Origin: the human T2T-CHM13v2.0 reference genome, Homo sapiens
Length of the DNA: 64,000 nt
Direction: 5' to 3' (one strand)
Assembly: GCF_009914755.1 (NCBI RefSeq)
Contig: NC_060926.1
The notes under the pieces were generated by a model. That model made no database searches, was not told the origin of the DNA, and saw nothing but the letters and a program-made list of their open reading frames with translations. Numbering within the stretch: the first letter of the stretch is position 1; each line of letters begins with the position of its first letter. Shown here piece after piece: positions 1-14,449 of this stretch. A program made the position numbers and the translations under genes.

Positions 1-51
1 TTTATAAGTAAATATCACCATTACTAAACAAAAGCCAAACATTTTGGTTTA

Positions 52-352
<301 letters not shown>

Positions 353-739
353 TTAAAAGCATTGATTGGTACAAAGGTATCAAAACAGAAAAATAATAAT
401 AAAAGAATTGACTTTACAGGTTATATTAACCCTCCCTCTTTTTTCCATTCAGTGGAAGTCTTTTAATTTGTCTTGCCCACTGTCTGCTGACTCTTCTGAT
501 CCTTTGGTTTTTAAATTTTATAGGAGTAGCTTGCAGCGTTCCTGCCTCTCTGGCCTATCCAGTCCCATTCTCCTGTCACCATCTCTGTGGGCTCCCTTCC
601 CCAGCAAGCTTCTCCTTAGAGGAGTCCAGACCTACTACCTCATCTCCTCTCCTCCCATCCTCACCGCAGCATTTTGCAATCCACCCTCTGCCTCTGTTGC
701 TCCAAGGTAACCAGCAGCCTCTGGTGCTAAATCCAGTAT

Positions 740-1400
740 GTGATTTTCAGGCCCTGCAGTGCAATTTCTCCGTAGAGTTGGATACTCGGCAACTCCCTGC
801 TTCTCCCAAGTTCCTCTCCTGTTAACTCCCATATATCCTCTCTCCTTGCTTTCCCCCATTGCCCTCCTTTGGGGCCTCTCTTCCTTAGAGGCTGGGGTTC
901 CCCAGCGTTCTCTCCTGAGTGCACTTTCTTCTCCCTCTACCCACAGCCCCCTGAGGCAGAGGACCAATATGACCTCCAGGGACCCTCCTGAGCTCCAGAT
1001 CCAAATCCCATAGGACCTCAAACCTGGCCTATGATCTCTTCCCCCATGGCCATCTCCTGCCCCTCCTCCCAGTTGTTCCTCTCAGCTGCGGGTTCCACCA
1101 CCCAACCAGCTACTCGGTCTAAAATGTGGGGGATTTTCTTAACTCCTCCCTTTCCCTTATGGCCCTTATCCAGCCCATTTTCAAGTCCTATAAATGCCTT
1201 ATCCTTAGTAGCTCTCAAACCCGTTCCCCCTCCACCTCCTTCTCAGTCCTGGTGTCCTCTTGGATCACCAGGACACTGGGGAAGTCTCCTAACTGTCCTT
1301 GTTGGCCGTCCCATCCCCATCGCCACCCTCACTTCAATTCATCCTCCACCCAAGGAGTGATTTTTATAAAATGCAAATCTGAGGATCCCATTCCCTTTTA
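740..1400 (+). mobile_element. L2 LINE fragment, ancient
   Basis: Pyrimidine-rich sequence resembling the L2 3' region (ctcctgagctccagatcc..., aactcctccctttccctt...). Confidence 0.5.
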
Positions 1401-1416
1401 AAAAATTTATCCAGGG

Positions 1417-1477
1417 GCACTCCAGCCTGGGCCACAGAATGAGACTCTGTCTCCAAAGGAAAAAAACAAAAAAAAAA
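1417..1477 (+). mobile_element. Alu 3' fragment with A tail
   Basis: gcactccagcctggg...gagactctgtctc followed by poly(A). Confidence 0.8.
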
Positions 1478-2001
1478 TGTCTCCAGGGGTCCTCGTCTCC
1501 TTTGCAGGACAGCCCTGCCTGGGTCAGCCTTCAGCCCTCATTCTGAAGCACCCAGCTCTGCAGCTCCCACCCTGCACCAGGCCTCACCCCTAGTCCATAC
1601 ACCGAACTCTTCCTTTATCTCCTCCAGCAGGAGCAATAACCCAAGCTTCCTGGTCTTAATCAAAATCCTACTGCTATGTGCCCTGGGTTGGCCAACACCT
1701 GGCCAGCCTCTAGGAACAAATGAGGCCACCATCTTGATAAGAACCTAGATTTCTCTGGTCCATATCATGCAAGAATCTGGCATCTTACAATCTCCGCTCC
1801 AATTATAGGAGTCCCCTGGGCACCTCACCTATGTCCACACACAAGTCCAGTTGCCACCCAGTGGTCTGCTGAGCACTTGTTGGGGATGGAATGTTGCCTT
1901 GTCAATGTTTTTGTCTCCCTTCCCCTCTGTGTAGCTGTCAAGCAGTCTGAACCGTCCTGACCCCATCACAACTCTGAGGGGGGATCCTGCTCCATCTAAA
2001 C

Positions 2002-2239
2002 CAGGGTTTCTCAATCTCAGCACCATTCACATTTTGGGCCAGTTGGAGGCAAGGGTGGGGCTATCTTGTGCATCATAGGCTGTTTAGCAGCATCACCGGC
2101 CTTTATTTACCGGATGCCAGTCACACACACACACACACACAGACACACAAACACACACACACACACCTGTGACAAAATATCTTCAGACACTGCCAGATGT
2201 CCTGTGGAGGGCAAAGTTGCCCCTGGTTGAGAACCACTG
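2002..2239. mobile_element. MER20 (hAT-Charlie MITE) with an internal (CA)n expansion at 2121-2166
   Basis: Ends CAGGGTTTCTCAA...TTGAGAACCACTG with MER20-type interior. 8-bp TSD atctaaac (1994-2001) / atctaagc (2240-2247). Confidence 0.85.
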
Positions 2240-3604
2240 ATCTAAGCCAATTCTGTAATGTCATTCTCTCCCCCAGTTCTCAGTTAGATTCGAATGTATG
2301 ACCTAAATCGGTTGAATGAGAATGAAGTTCAACCATTGTGTTCAGTGTTCAGTGGTTTTGTTTTCTCACCTGCTCGAGTGTCAACCTGGGAATTGGAAGC
2401 AGCCATTTGCAGGAGGGCCAGCTGCAGGATGAAGCTGACGCCATGGAAACAAAACAGAGATGGAAAGAAATCAAGTCCTGAGTGACAAGCTTGGACCTCA
2501 AAAGATCAAACTGCCTTAAGCTCACTCATTGCTGGACAGTTCTATATACTAAGGCTATAAATTATTTTGTTTATAGTCCTGTTACTTGCAACTGAAACCA
2601 TCACTGCTATTAATACATCCTCTGTTTGGGCCAGATCCACAATCTGACACAGGACTCAGCACAGCCACTAGTTACCACTGCCATTTTCCACTGGGCTTCG
2701 CTCTCTATTCCTGAGTATGGCACCTGCAGGCAGTGCGTCCCAGGGGGCACTGCCACCAATGTCCTAAAACCCTCAACATGTGAAGCCAGAGGGTCCAGGG
2801 AAAAGTGCGATTGAATATCATGCTCCCCTTCATGTTAGTATCTGGGAGAGGACAGCAAAGCTCGTTGCTCTGGCCACAATATTATTCAGAGTTTAGTGAA
2901 ACAGGCATCTTGAGTTTACTCGCATTGTAGCTCGCTTTCTCTCTCTCAGTCAAAGACAAGATGTGAGCTCATGGGACATGGCCGATGACATATTTAAGTA
3001 ATAGTCCCCACCTTATGTTAGACTTCCTTAGCCTCTTCAGGGCCAATCAGGGCACACATAGATTTTTCTAATCTTAGAACATATTCTTTCCCAAAAAGCC
3101 CTAGCCCGTCAACCAGATAGATACTGGGTTTTTAGCCCAATATTGGTATATTGACCAGCTTATGCTAGCTGTGGCAACAGTCAATCCCAAATCATAGTCT
3201 CTTACAACAATAAGAGTTTTTATACTGTCAATATTATATTTATAATATAAACATATTGGCTTTGTACATGAATTTATTCAAGGTTCATCACCAGCCCTTC
3301 AGCGTAATGCTTTCTCCACTCCAGAGTTTTTTATTCAGATTCACCCCTTGATTAACTGGATTTCATCTCCCAGGTAGTTTTTAAAGAAATACTTACTGGT
3401 GCAACAGTGCCAGCATATTTTCGTATTTGTGAATGACCATTGCCTTTAGACTTGAGTGACAGTTTGGCTGAGTGAAAACATGTTGGGTCATGCTTCTCTC
3501 AGATCTCTGTAGACGATACGCCACTACTTTTTGCTAATACTGAGGAATATGTCTGAGGCCAGTTGATAATATTTCCTCCTTGTGAGTGACTTGCTTTTTC
3601 TGCC

Positions 3605-3676
3605 TGGATGCCCATATGATTCTTTAGCTTTCATACTTAATGGATGCCCATATGATTCTTTAGCTTTCTTACTTAA
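3605..3676 (+). repeat. 36-bp tandem duplication (2 copies, 1 mismatch)
   Basis: tggatgcccatatgattctttagctttc(a/t)tacttaa twice. Confidence 0.95.
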
Positions 3677-4345
3677 TTACTTCAGTAACATATGTTCTTT
3701 CTGGAACATAATGCACCCTATCCAATTGTACATTCAGGTCCTCCTTTATAGGACAGTTTTCTTTTTGAATTTTTTTCGACTTCATTTATTTTGTCTACTT
3801 CCACTGGAAAAAAAAAACTGTTGCATTTATGCTGGATTTCTTTTGCCTGTCTTGAACTTCTACCTCTATTTTTCTATCTTTGCTCTTCTCTGTTTCATTT
3901 TATGGGGTTTTTCTTGGGTTTGTCTACTATGCATCTTATTCCGCTTTCAAAAATCAGTTCTGTTCTTGTGATTGCCAGTAAGGTTCTTGTATTTCTAACA
4001 TGTTTATTATTATCTTACATGTCTGTTACTTGAGCTTTGTCAGCTCACTTTTTATCTCTGTTCATTCTCTTATTGTTGCTTCTTTGGTCTCTTTTATTTC
4101 TTCTCTGAGTTCCTCCTTTTCCCCTTATGAGTTTATATTTTCATCCGTTCCTCTGAGATGATGGACAGAGTATATTTTTCTGGAATGTTTCTCCATCTCC
4201 CAAGGTAATTTTTTTCTGATATGCATTTTTCATCAGCTTTTTAATTGTTGTGTCTCTTTTCTTATTTCTCTGTTGAAACCATTTTATTGATGATTCCTTT
4301 CTCTTTATTCGTCATCATTGAATGGGGAAAGTTGTGTAGGCCAGC

Positions 4346-4638
4346 TTTTTTTTTTTTTTTTTTTGAGACAGGATCTTACTCTGACACCCCAGGCTGGAGT
4401 GTAGTGACGCAATCATGGCTCACTGCAGCCTGGACTTCCTGAGCTCAAGTGATCCTCCCAACTCAGCAGGGACCACAGGCACACACCACCACACCCAGCT
4501 AAAAAAAATTGTACTTTTTGTAGAGATGGGGTTTCACTGTGTTGCCCAGGCTGGTCTCGAACTCCTGAGTTCAAGAAATCTGCCTGCCTTGGCCTTCCAA
4601 AGTGCTGGGATTACAGACGCCAACTACTGCGCTTGGCC
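4346..4638 (-). mobile_element. Alu (AluJ-type)
   Basis: Poly(T) followed by diverged reverse-complement Alu. Confidence 0.9.
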
Positions 4639-4869
4639 AGCATTTTTCCTAAGAATCATGTCGGGGAGGTATGGAGGAGTGGGTAGGGCAGCTGACGGCT
4701 TCACCTGAGACTAACACTACAACCGCTTTCTCACCAAAAGCACTGTGTTCTCCGTCTAGGGGCACAATAGCCTCTGAGGTTCTGTTGACCTCCTCCCATC
4801 TTGAATCTTGCAGAGGAGCTGAAAATTTTTTTGTTTAACGTCCTTCCTATTATTTTAATACTTTTTCCT

Positions 4870-6020
4870 TCATTTAAAAAAATCAGCTATATTGTGATAA
4901 AATATGTATGCACTAAAATTCACTCACTTTCAGTGTACAGTTTGAGAAGTTTGGCAATTCTATGCAGTCATGAAACCACTACCACAATCAGGATAGAAAG
5001 CATTTCCATCACCCTAAACATCTCGCTTTGTCCCTGGTGTTAACCCTCTTCCGTAGCTGCCCCAGCCCCAGGGAACCACTGATCTACTTCCTGTCACTAT
5101 AATTTTCCCTTTTTTAGAATTTCATCTGAATAGAATCACATAAATGTCATCGTTTATGTTTTATTTCCTTCACTTAGCATAACGTTTTTGAGATTCATGC
5201 ATATTGTTGTAGGTATCAATAGTTTGTTCTTTTTTATTGCAATGTAATATTACACGGAAATTCTGCGTTTTGCTTACCCATTTGCCAGTTAACAGACATT
5301 TGAGGTGTTTCCAGTTTGAGCCACTTATGAATAAACTGGCTATGAACCTTCTTCACCTACGAGTATGAGTGGACAAATCTTTTTTCTCTTGGGTAAATAC
5401 CTAGGAGTAGAATGGCTGGGTTGTATGATAAATGTGAACCATACAGTTCTCCAAAGTGAGTGTCTTACATTCCCAAGTAATCTATCATCTTTTTAGTTGA
5501 TTGTTCTCAACAATGCTTGATATTATCAATCTTTTAAATTTAATTCCATTAAATTTAATGAGAATTCCATCTCATTGTAGTTTTAATTTGCATTTCCCTG
5601 AAGAATAGTGAGGTCAAGCATCTTTTCACGTGTTTATTGGCCATTCATATGTCTTCTTCGGTGAAATGTCTCTTTAAAATTTTGCTCCTTTTTAAAACAT
5701 ACTGGATTATTTGTCTTATTATTAGGTTGTAAGAGTTCTTAAAATATTTTGGATACAAGTCCTTGTTTAGATATATGTTTAACAAATACATTCTCCCAAT
5801 CTGTAGCTGGTTTCTTCATTCTCTTAATGATATCTTTTGAAGAGAAACATGTTTTCATTTTGCTAATGCTCGTTTTATCCATTTTCTTTTTTTATGGCTC
5901 ATATTTGCTGTGTCCTGCTTCAGAAATCTTTATGTAAGCCAATGTCCCAAAGACTTTTGCCTCTTTTTTTTCTAGAAGATTTATCATTTTACCTCTTACA
6001 TTTAGGTCCGTGATTCATTT
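4870..6020 (-). mobile_element. Old L1 (L1M-type) 3' region
   Basis: Typical antisense L1 3' sequence (ctcattgtagttttaatttgcatttccctga..., ttggccattcatatgtcttctt). Confidence 0.8.
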
Positions 6021-6034
6021 AGGGTTAAATTGTT

Positions 6035-6126
6035 AGCTGTGCTTTGTGGCTCATGCCTGTAATCCCAACATTTTGTGAGGCCAAACCGAGAGGATCACTT
6101 GAGACCAGGAGTTCAAGACCAGCCTC
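6035..6126 (+). mobile_element. Alu left-monomer fragment
   Basis: gtggctcatgcctgtaatccc...ggagttcaagaccagcct. Confidence 0.8.
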
Positions 6127-6149
6127 TGGAAAGATAGATTTGCCACTAA

Positions 6150-6410
6150 TTGCTATGAAGAAGACTGGGACGAGTAAGTTGGGAGGGGAGAGAGGCAACT
6201 GGGATGCGTAGTGGGCATCCAACTAGAGATGGGCAGCTGAACACACAGATGTGGAGTTCAGAAGAGAGGTCCAGGCGGAACACGTGGATTTGCTAATCCT
6301 CAGAACATAGATCATCCTGAAAGCCATGATATTTGATGAGATCACCCAGGATGGGGGCGTGGACAGAGAAGAGAAGAAATCCAAGGGATGAGCCCTGGGA
6401 CATCTCAATT
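6150..6410 (-). mobile_element. L2 fragment
   Basis: gtggagttcagaagagaggtccagg...gccatga...gatgagatcacccagg is typical of antisense L2. Confidence 0.65.
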
Positions 6411-6569
6411 TTTTTTAAATGATAATTTCCTAAAGAAGCTCCTACTTGTGTATAAAGTCTATGGTTTTTGCCTTTGATATTATATTTAAAAGTCCTTTCT
6501 CACCCAGAGACATATAACTATTCATCTATGTTTCTTTTATGGCATAATTTTTTTATATTTAATTATGTT

Positions 6570-7850
6570 CAGACCTTCATTTCTCAATACCATTTCCCAA
6601 TCAAAGGAACAAGAGTTCTTCAGAGAAATGGCTGATTCCAAGTCTGGCATAGGGAAAGTACAAAATAAGCCTGGAGCATCTTGTTGTGCCAGAAAGAAAA
6701 GAAGTGCTTAGACAACGATGGGAATGGGTCTAAAGGGCACAGGACTCATGGGCCAAATCTGAGACAATTGGAGCATCAAAATGAATAAAGACAGTAACGG
6801 GTGATGGCCCATTGAATAACAAAAGAATCCATACTGATAGGATAGAAAGAAAAAGAGAAGGAGAGGGAAGGGAGAAGAGAGAGAAAACTTCCTCATAATA
6901 AAATGCCAACTAATAAATACAGAAGGAATGATAGACTTAGAAAATCACCACCTTACAATAATCCTAGTTAATTAATTTAGACACCAATCATGGAATGAAC
7001 CTGGATCACAAGCTTCCTATGTGCCTCCTGAAGTGAGGCACTGAGCAGGGCACACGTGTCATGCTGTATTCCTGCAAAAATGCATAGCCAGATTCCAAGT
7101 ATGAAATGCCAGGTAAACATCAATTGAGGGAGATTCTTCAAAACAACTGGCCTGTGTATTTCAAAAAATATCACTGACACAAAAGACAAAGAAAGGCTGA
7201 GAAAGTACACCAGATAAAAGGAACAAAAGACGTGACAACAAAATGCCATGAATGATCCTAGATTGAATTCTGGTTGGGGAGAAGGGAGGCCTATAAAGGT
7301 TATTATTGGGAAACTGCAGAATTTGAATTGGGACTGAGCATTAGATAATACTATTGTATCAATGCTAAAAATTTTGAATTTGACCATTGGTGGTTACATA
7401 AGAGGATGTCCTTATTCTTTGGAGAATCTCACTGAAGTCTTTAAGGGTAAGAGATACAAGTTTCCTGCAACTTTCTTTCAAATGTTACAGGAAATTTTAT
7501 ATATATATATATATATATGTATGTATATGTGTATATATATGTATATGTGTGTATATATGTATATGTATATATATGTATAGGTATATATATGTGTATATAT
7601 GTATATATGTGTATATATGTATATATGTGTATATATTATATATGTGTATGTGTGTATATATGTGTGTATATATATGTGTGTGTATATATGTGTGTATATA
7701 TATGTGTGTGTGTATATATATATGTATATGCATCTGTGGGTATATAATAAAACAATTGTCAAATGTCCACAATTAGTGGGTCTTTGTTAAGGCTATGATG
7801 GAATTGATTATACTATTCTTATACTTTTTTGGTAAATTTAAAATCTTTTC
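6570..7850 (+). mobile_element. Old L1 (L1MC/ME-type) 3' UTR fragment, interrupted by a TA-rich microsatellite
   Basis: gggaaagtacaaaataagcctggagcatcttgttgtgccagaaag..., ttagataatactattgtatcaatg... resemble old L1 3' ends. Confidence 0.6.
7498..7730. repeat. (TA)n/(TATATG)n/(TG)n compound microsatellite
   Basis: Read directly; ~230 bp of nearly pure alternating purine-pyrimidine. Confidence 0.95.
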
Positions 7851-7899
7851 AAAAAAGGAAAGAGTTAAAAATGAAAATGCATATATGTAATCAAAAGCT

Positions 7900-10260
7900 A
7901 AGATTTCTGTTTACATATGTTTCGAGGAAGGAATCCAACTTAGCCATTATTTAGTGAACACTTATTTTCCAATTCTATGAAATATCTCCATAATCAATAA
8001 TAAAATCTCGCACATATTTGGATCTGCTCCTGCCTTCCTAGTCTGTCTCATGAATCCATCTGTCTGTTTTTCTTCACCAGTAAATACACTGTAATTGTTG
8101 TAGCCTTTAGTTATGTTTAATATCTAGTAGGGCAAGCCCATCCACCTTGCTCTTCAACATTTTCCTCCCCATGCTTCTATTCTTCCAGAGAAACTTACAA
8201 TAATTTTGTCAGATTTCCTTAAGAGAAAAAAACTCACTGAAATTTTGATTGATATTTAGTCACTTATTGATTAACTGGGAAAATTAAAATCTTATAATTT
8301 TTGTTGATTCTTCCTAGAAAAAAAATGCTTGTTTCTCCTTTTGTTCAAGTCTCATTTTGGGTTCTTCTGTAAAGTCTTTTCATTTTCTTTACATAAATCT
8401 TGCGCATTCCTTGCTAAGTTAATTCCCATGAATTTTGTTGCTGTAGTAAATGCAATATATTTCCGTGATATGTTCTAATGGCTTGTTCATTATCATAGGA
8501 AGGATATTGGTTTTTATAACTATATTTCTGTATTTTGTGACTGCTACCCCACTAAACTCATTTGTTAGCTATACGACATTTTCAGTTGATTTTTTGAGAT
8601 GTTCAAATTACAAAACCATATCCCCTGAAAATGATGGTGATAATATTTCCTTCTTGGGAATATTTATGACCCTTATTTTATCTTCTTGTTTATTTCCATT
8701 GCTAGAACTTTCAGAACATTAATAAGTAATAGTGAAGATAGAGGCATCCTTGTCTTGTTCCTGAACTTAATTTGGATGCCAATGATTTTTCACAGTTAAT
8801 GATAATGTTGCTTTAGTTTGAGAGAGATTTCCTTTATCATGTTAAAAGAGCGTTCTTTAATTCTTTTATTCACAAAAACATCACCAGGAATGAATTGCAA
8901 TGTCTTGAAATTTTTCTAAAACTCTGATTTACTAAGCTCTGATTCTGTGCCCAGCTCTGTGCCAAGAATTTTAAATTTACCATTTAATGTAACCTGCACA
9001 TGACCCTGACTATTAAAAATTACGTTTCAAATTATACAGTAGAAGAACTGACCAAGGACCCAGAGTTGGGAAGTGAAAAAGACAGGATTTGAACTCAGGC
9101 TTTCGAAATTCAAGCTCTTGACACTCTATGGCAATGATAATGTGGTTTTTTTTTTTGCCTTAATCTATTAAAAAAATTGATCACATTAAGAAATTTCCTA
9201 GTATTGAACAACATTTGCATTGCTAGAATCAGCTCTGCTTATACATAGTGTATTATTAGTGTATTATTATTTTAAACACATGGCTTCATTCACTTTTATA
9301 ATATTTCGAGTCTGTATTTGCGAAATTAGCCTGCAGTTTCTCTTTTGCCCATCTGGCTGGCTGGCTTTAGTGTCCAGGCAATGCCAGCTTAGCTAAATGA
9401 CTTGGGAAGCTGCCTGTCTTTTTCCATGCACTAATCCTATTTAAACAGCCCAAAGATGATCTGTTCCTTGAAGTTTTGAAAGAACTTGCCCCTCCAACAG
9501 TCTGGGTTTAAAACTTTTTTTTTTTTTTTTTTTTTTTACAACTTTTTCAGCTTCATCTTGAATGGTTAGTCTATTCAGGTTTTCTACCACTTCTTCAGTC
9601 AAATGTGGTCGTTTCTATTCTCCTAGAAAACTATCCACTTCACTGATTTTTTCAAGTTTATTAGCATAAAGTTATGAAACCTATTTCTTTATATTTTTCA
9701 TTTATTTTGCATCATTTCTCATTTCTGCACGCTCATATGTTCTCTTTCTCTTGATTAGGCTTGCCAATGGTTTCTCTAATTCATTGGTCTTTGTAAAGAG
9801 CCAGGGACCTTGGGTTTATTTATCAATTTATGTTTCCCATTTTCTAATCCATTAATTTCTAGGGGTTTTGTTATGAGCTTCTTGTTTCTTTGGGTTGTGT
9901 GGGTGGTGATCGTAGTTGTTTGCTTTTCTCTTTTTCTGGCTTCTGGAAATAAATGTTTGGCTCATTTATTTTTCTGTGTTGTCATCATTATCATTATGTT
10001 CCTTACAAACTGTGATTGATGTTTGTCTTCCCTCTCAGACCCAAGAGCTACTTAGAAGGATAGTTTTTAATTCCCCAAGTGGCCTGATGTTTCTGTTCTT
10101 TGCTTACCCTTTGCTTCTTAATGTCTAGTTTTCTTGAATTCTGGTGAGAAAATGTGACCTGTACAATGTATGCATTTTAGAAGTGATTGAGAACTTATCT
10201 GGGAACCTGATCTAAGCTGAAAATATTCTGACCTGTGGCTGAAAGGAATGTGCATCTTCT
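7900..10260 (-). mobile_element. Highly degraded L1 (L1ME-like) fragments
   Basis: T-rich antisense ORF2-like motifs (ggcatccttgtcttgttcctga, ctattcaggttttcta, tttgcattgctaga). Confidence 0.55.
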
Positions 10261-11124
10261 GTAGAGTTCTCCCAGAGGACCCCTGAGCGAAACCGAAGGA
10301 CAGCAGGCAAAGTGTCTTTAAACCACTCACACGAGCCAGACAAACACAACTCTCTCTCTGCACGGGAGAGAGAAGAAAACTTAAAGAGGGAAAGAGGCTA
10401 GGGGATGGGGCTAGGGGATCAAGCGCATGAGGAAATGGTGAGCCTCCCATGCTGTCCTCCTGCCCTGTCTCAAGATGTGACTGGAGGGTGGCCTGGAAGC
10501 TCTCCCTTGGGAAACTTGTGGCAGGCAGTGTGGGTGGGATGCTAGGGACCCCTCTAGGAGCATTGCTTGGCTGCTTGGGGTCCCAATTTTATCTGCTTAT
10601 TGAACAAGAAAAGGCAAAGAGGTTAAGCAGGTATCTGAATGTCATTCATATCAGCCGGACTTGCCATAGCCCCCTCACCCCTACCCTCTGCTGAGAGTGG
10701 GCCTGCTCCTTGCTGGCTCTTCTCTCTCAAGGTGTGACATTAGAACTGGGGGCATGGGAAAGAGGAGAATGAGTTAATCCTGACACAATTTCAGAGAAAA
10801 CAGAACCTAATTACTGCTGGCTCAATGGCTTTTTCTTGCTTAGAAAAAGACCGTGGGCAGCCGCACAGTACTCGGAACCAAAGCTCCGTGTGCACGGCCA
10901 GTACAGTGTGCCCCCTGCTTAATCCTTGGAGCAGACGTCCCAGCCCACGATAAACCATGGCCCCCATACACTGTGAGAAGCCCTCTCCACTGCCCCCCTG
11001 GGACATGCCCCCTGGCCTTGGGTTGCTCTCAGAGTCTTTCTCCCCATTCTTCTCCTACCTCTGTCTCTCACTGAAGACCCCTCATATCTCTTGAAACAGA
11101 AAGAAGAAAATCTCCACGACTTGA

Positions 11125-11750
<626 letters not shown>

Positions 11751-12697
11751 TAATAAAAATTGCTTGAAGTGCCAAATACTAACTCAGTTCCGTAATTAAA
11801 AGTATTCCAGTCCCATGTGACAATAAAATCCTCCAACCTGGTTTCGATATTCTCCCCTATCTAAGCTGCTTACAGTGGAGTGGTGCGGGGGCAACTCGGG
11901 CAGGGGCCTCTGCGTGCCTCTGCTTCCCCCTTTCATTTACTGGCACCTCTCTGCCTCCCCCAGCCCAATAGCTGTGGCATCTGACCCTCCAAGGCTGGGG
12001 CCCGAGTGAGGGGGCAGGGCAGGAGGAGACATAAGGAGACAGGCGCGTTCCACCTGCCGGGGACTGAGCTAAGTAAGACGGCCTTGTGACTTCCTTGTGG
12101 CACATTTTCATAGCATCCTCAGAAGCCACGCAGGGAGCACCTGACTGCGCTTGCTATGAAGGGGGAGCGGCAGTGACCTCTAGTGCCCTTCCCATTTCCA
12201 TGCTGCCTGCCTGTCACTGGCAGGTCCCTGAGCCCTTTCAGGAGGTGGCCTGGGCAGGATTTTCAACGGCTCTAGTCCGGTTGATGAGTTGTCATTCCGC
12301 ACGCCTCTCCCTGGTCCATGACAAATGGGCACGTCCACACCGGCCCTCGGAGGAAGCAGATGTCTCTCCACCAGTGGCCAGTGTCCCTCGGCCCTGCTTC
12401 CCAGCCTCCCCACAGACAGGTGTCAGACCCCAGCGCACTGTGTCCCTCAAGCTCTCGTGTCCCTCAAGATCTCCCAAGGCCTTCTCGGTGGACACTGGGC
12501 AAGAAGGACGCTGAGGCTCTGTGAAGAAACTCCCCCTCCCAGAGTCTCTCACAGGTGTTTAGACCCTTGATGTGGGTAAGGGCCCAAGAGTCAGAAAACC
12601 AGAGGGTTTTGTTGTTGTTTTTGTTGTTGCTGCTGTTGTTTTGGTTTTTGTTTTTGTTTTTCTAACTCTTTTGTGACTTTGGCATATGGTGTCAAAC

Positions 12698-13030
12698 AGT
12701 GGTTCACAACTTTGGGTGCACAGTTGAAATCATCTGGGGTGTTTTAGAAAATGGTGATGTCTGGGTCCCAGCCCCCAGATTCTCATTTAATTGGTCTGGG
12801 GTGTGGCCTGGGCCGTGGGATTTTAAAGCTTTCTCTAGGTGATGCTAATGAGCAGCCAAGAATGAGACCAGTGTCCTCAGACTTCAACATGTTTATGAAG
12901 TGCCTGGGAGGCTACTGAGCTCCGGGTTCTTGCTCAGCAGGTCTGGCGTGGGCTTGAGAGGCTGCATCACTCCTAGTGATGCTGAGGCTTCTGATTCAAG
13001 GACCACACTTAGAGCATCAACGAACTAGAA
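12698..13030. mobile_element. Two adjacent MER5-type (hAT-Charlie) MITEs
   Basis: cagtggttcacaact...ggtctggggtgtggcctggg...aggtgatgctaatgagcagcc, followed by a second similar unit ending ggaccacacttagag. Confidence 0.65.
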
Positions 13031-13054
13031 TCTACGTGCCTTGGTAAAACTCTG

Positions 13055-13660
13055 ATTTTTTTTCTAGACTTTATTTATTAGAGCAGTTTTAGGTACCCAG
13101 CAAAATAAAATGGAAAGCACAGCGTTCCCATAGAACCCCTGCCCCCACACATGCACAGCCTCCCCCATTATTAACATCCCCCTCCCAGTGGTACATTTGT
13201 TACAGCTGATGAACCTGCGCAGACACATCACCCAGAGTCCATAGCTTACTTAGGGGTCACTCTTGATGTGGGACATTCTATGGGTTTGACAAATGTACGG
13301 TTGTCCTTTGGCATATGTGGGGGATTGGTTCCCGGACTGTCTGCCACACGCCAAACCCACACATACTCAAGTCCTGCAGTTGGCCCTGCAGAACCCACTT
13401 ATACAAAAAGTGTACCTTCCTAGAATACTGTATTCTCTATCTGCCCCGGTTGAAAAAAAGCCGTGCATAAGTGGACCCTCTAAGTTCAAACTCATGGTGT
13501 TCTAGGGTCAACTGTATTACAGCATGTATCCACCATCATAGCATCATTCTGATTAGTTTCACTGCCCTAACCATCCAGCATTGTTAGGAATAGGAACAAT
13601 CCCCTATTCTTCCCCCCGCTCCCTACCCCCCTAGTCCCCAGGCAACCACTTAAAACTTAG
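13055..13660 (-). mobile_element. Old L1 3' end, interrupted by MER8
   Basis: ttagagcagttttaggt...cccagagtccatag...ggtttgacaaatgta, resuming after 13514. Confidence 0.7.
13298..13514. mobile_element. MER8 (TcMar-Tigger MITE)
   Basis: Ends cggttgtcc...gggtcaactg with TA on both sides; interior gggggattggttcc...aagtggaccc. Confidence 0.8.
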
Positions 13661-13745
13661 ATTGTTTACATCTTATTACCTATTTAGAATGTTTAAAAAT
13701 CCTAAGAAGGTATCTTCCTGAACAACTTAGGCAATAATGGCACTA

Positions 13746-13947
13746 CAGCAGAATTTCCCCACTACTAACATTTTGGGCTGGGTAATTCTTTGCTATGGGG
13801 GCTGCCCTGTGCATTGGAGGTTGTTTAATTGCATCCCAGTCTCTACCCACTAGCTGCTGGAAGCAATGTTCCCTCTTCCCAACCAACAATGTCTCGACAT
13901 TGCCTAATGTCCCCTGGGGACAGAATCACCCCCATCAAGAACCACTG
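13746..13947. mobile_element. MER20, second copy
   Basis: acattttgggctgggtaattctttg...gacattgcctaatgtcccctgggg...gaaccactg; homologous to 2002-2239. Confidence 0.8.
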
Positions 13948-14002
13948 ATCTAGAGCAACACAAGGAACTTGCAGAATTTTTAAATGTTGTGTCTTTAAAA
14001 TT

Positions 14003-14400
14003 TCATTCATTCATGAATTATACTGCTGAGCACCTACTGTGTGCCAAGCAATCCGCCTAGTACTGAGGGATATAAAGGTGAACAAACCAAATGCTTATAT
14101 AATAATATAACGTCCAGGGGTGATGATTATGTGCAAAAACAAATAAATAAAGCAGGACAAGGAAACTGTGATGGCCTGAAGCAGGGGTGAGCAGGCAGGG
14201 AAAATCCTACCAGGAGCGAGGTAGGGAGGGACTCTTTGAGGATGTGATTTTCAAGCGGGAGAATGAAGTGCAGGTGAGTCAGGTGAATATGGGGTGAGGG
14301 CAGAGGGTAGGTTGTTTGAAACTGAGGGAAAGCCGGTGCAAAAGCCCTAAGGTGAGAGCTCACTTTAATCCCAGAGCAAAATCTCAGACTAAGCTGAGGA
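14003..14400 (-). mobile_element. L2 3' end
   Basis: tcattcattca...tgagcacctactgtgtgccaagc is the canonical L2 tail in antisense. Confidence 0.75.
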
Positions 14401-14449
14401 TCTGGAGGTGGCAGGACAGGTTTGGAAGGTGATTCTGTCCTGTTCAGGT

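Noticed and set aside
7362-7790. Several Y/I/H/T/V/C-rich ORFs
   Set aside because: Translations of the TA/TG microsatellite.
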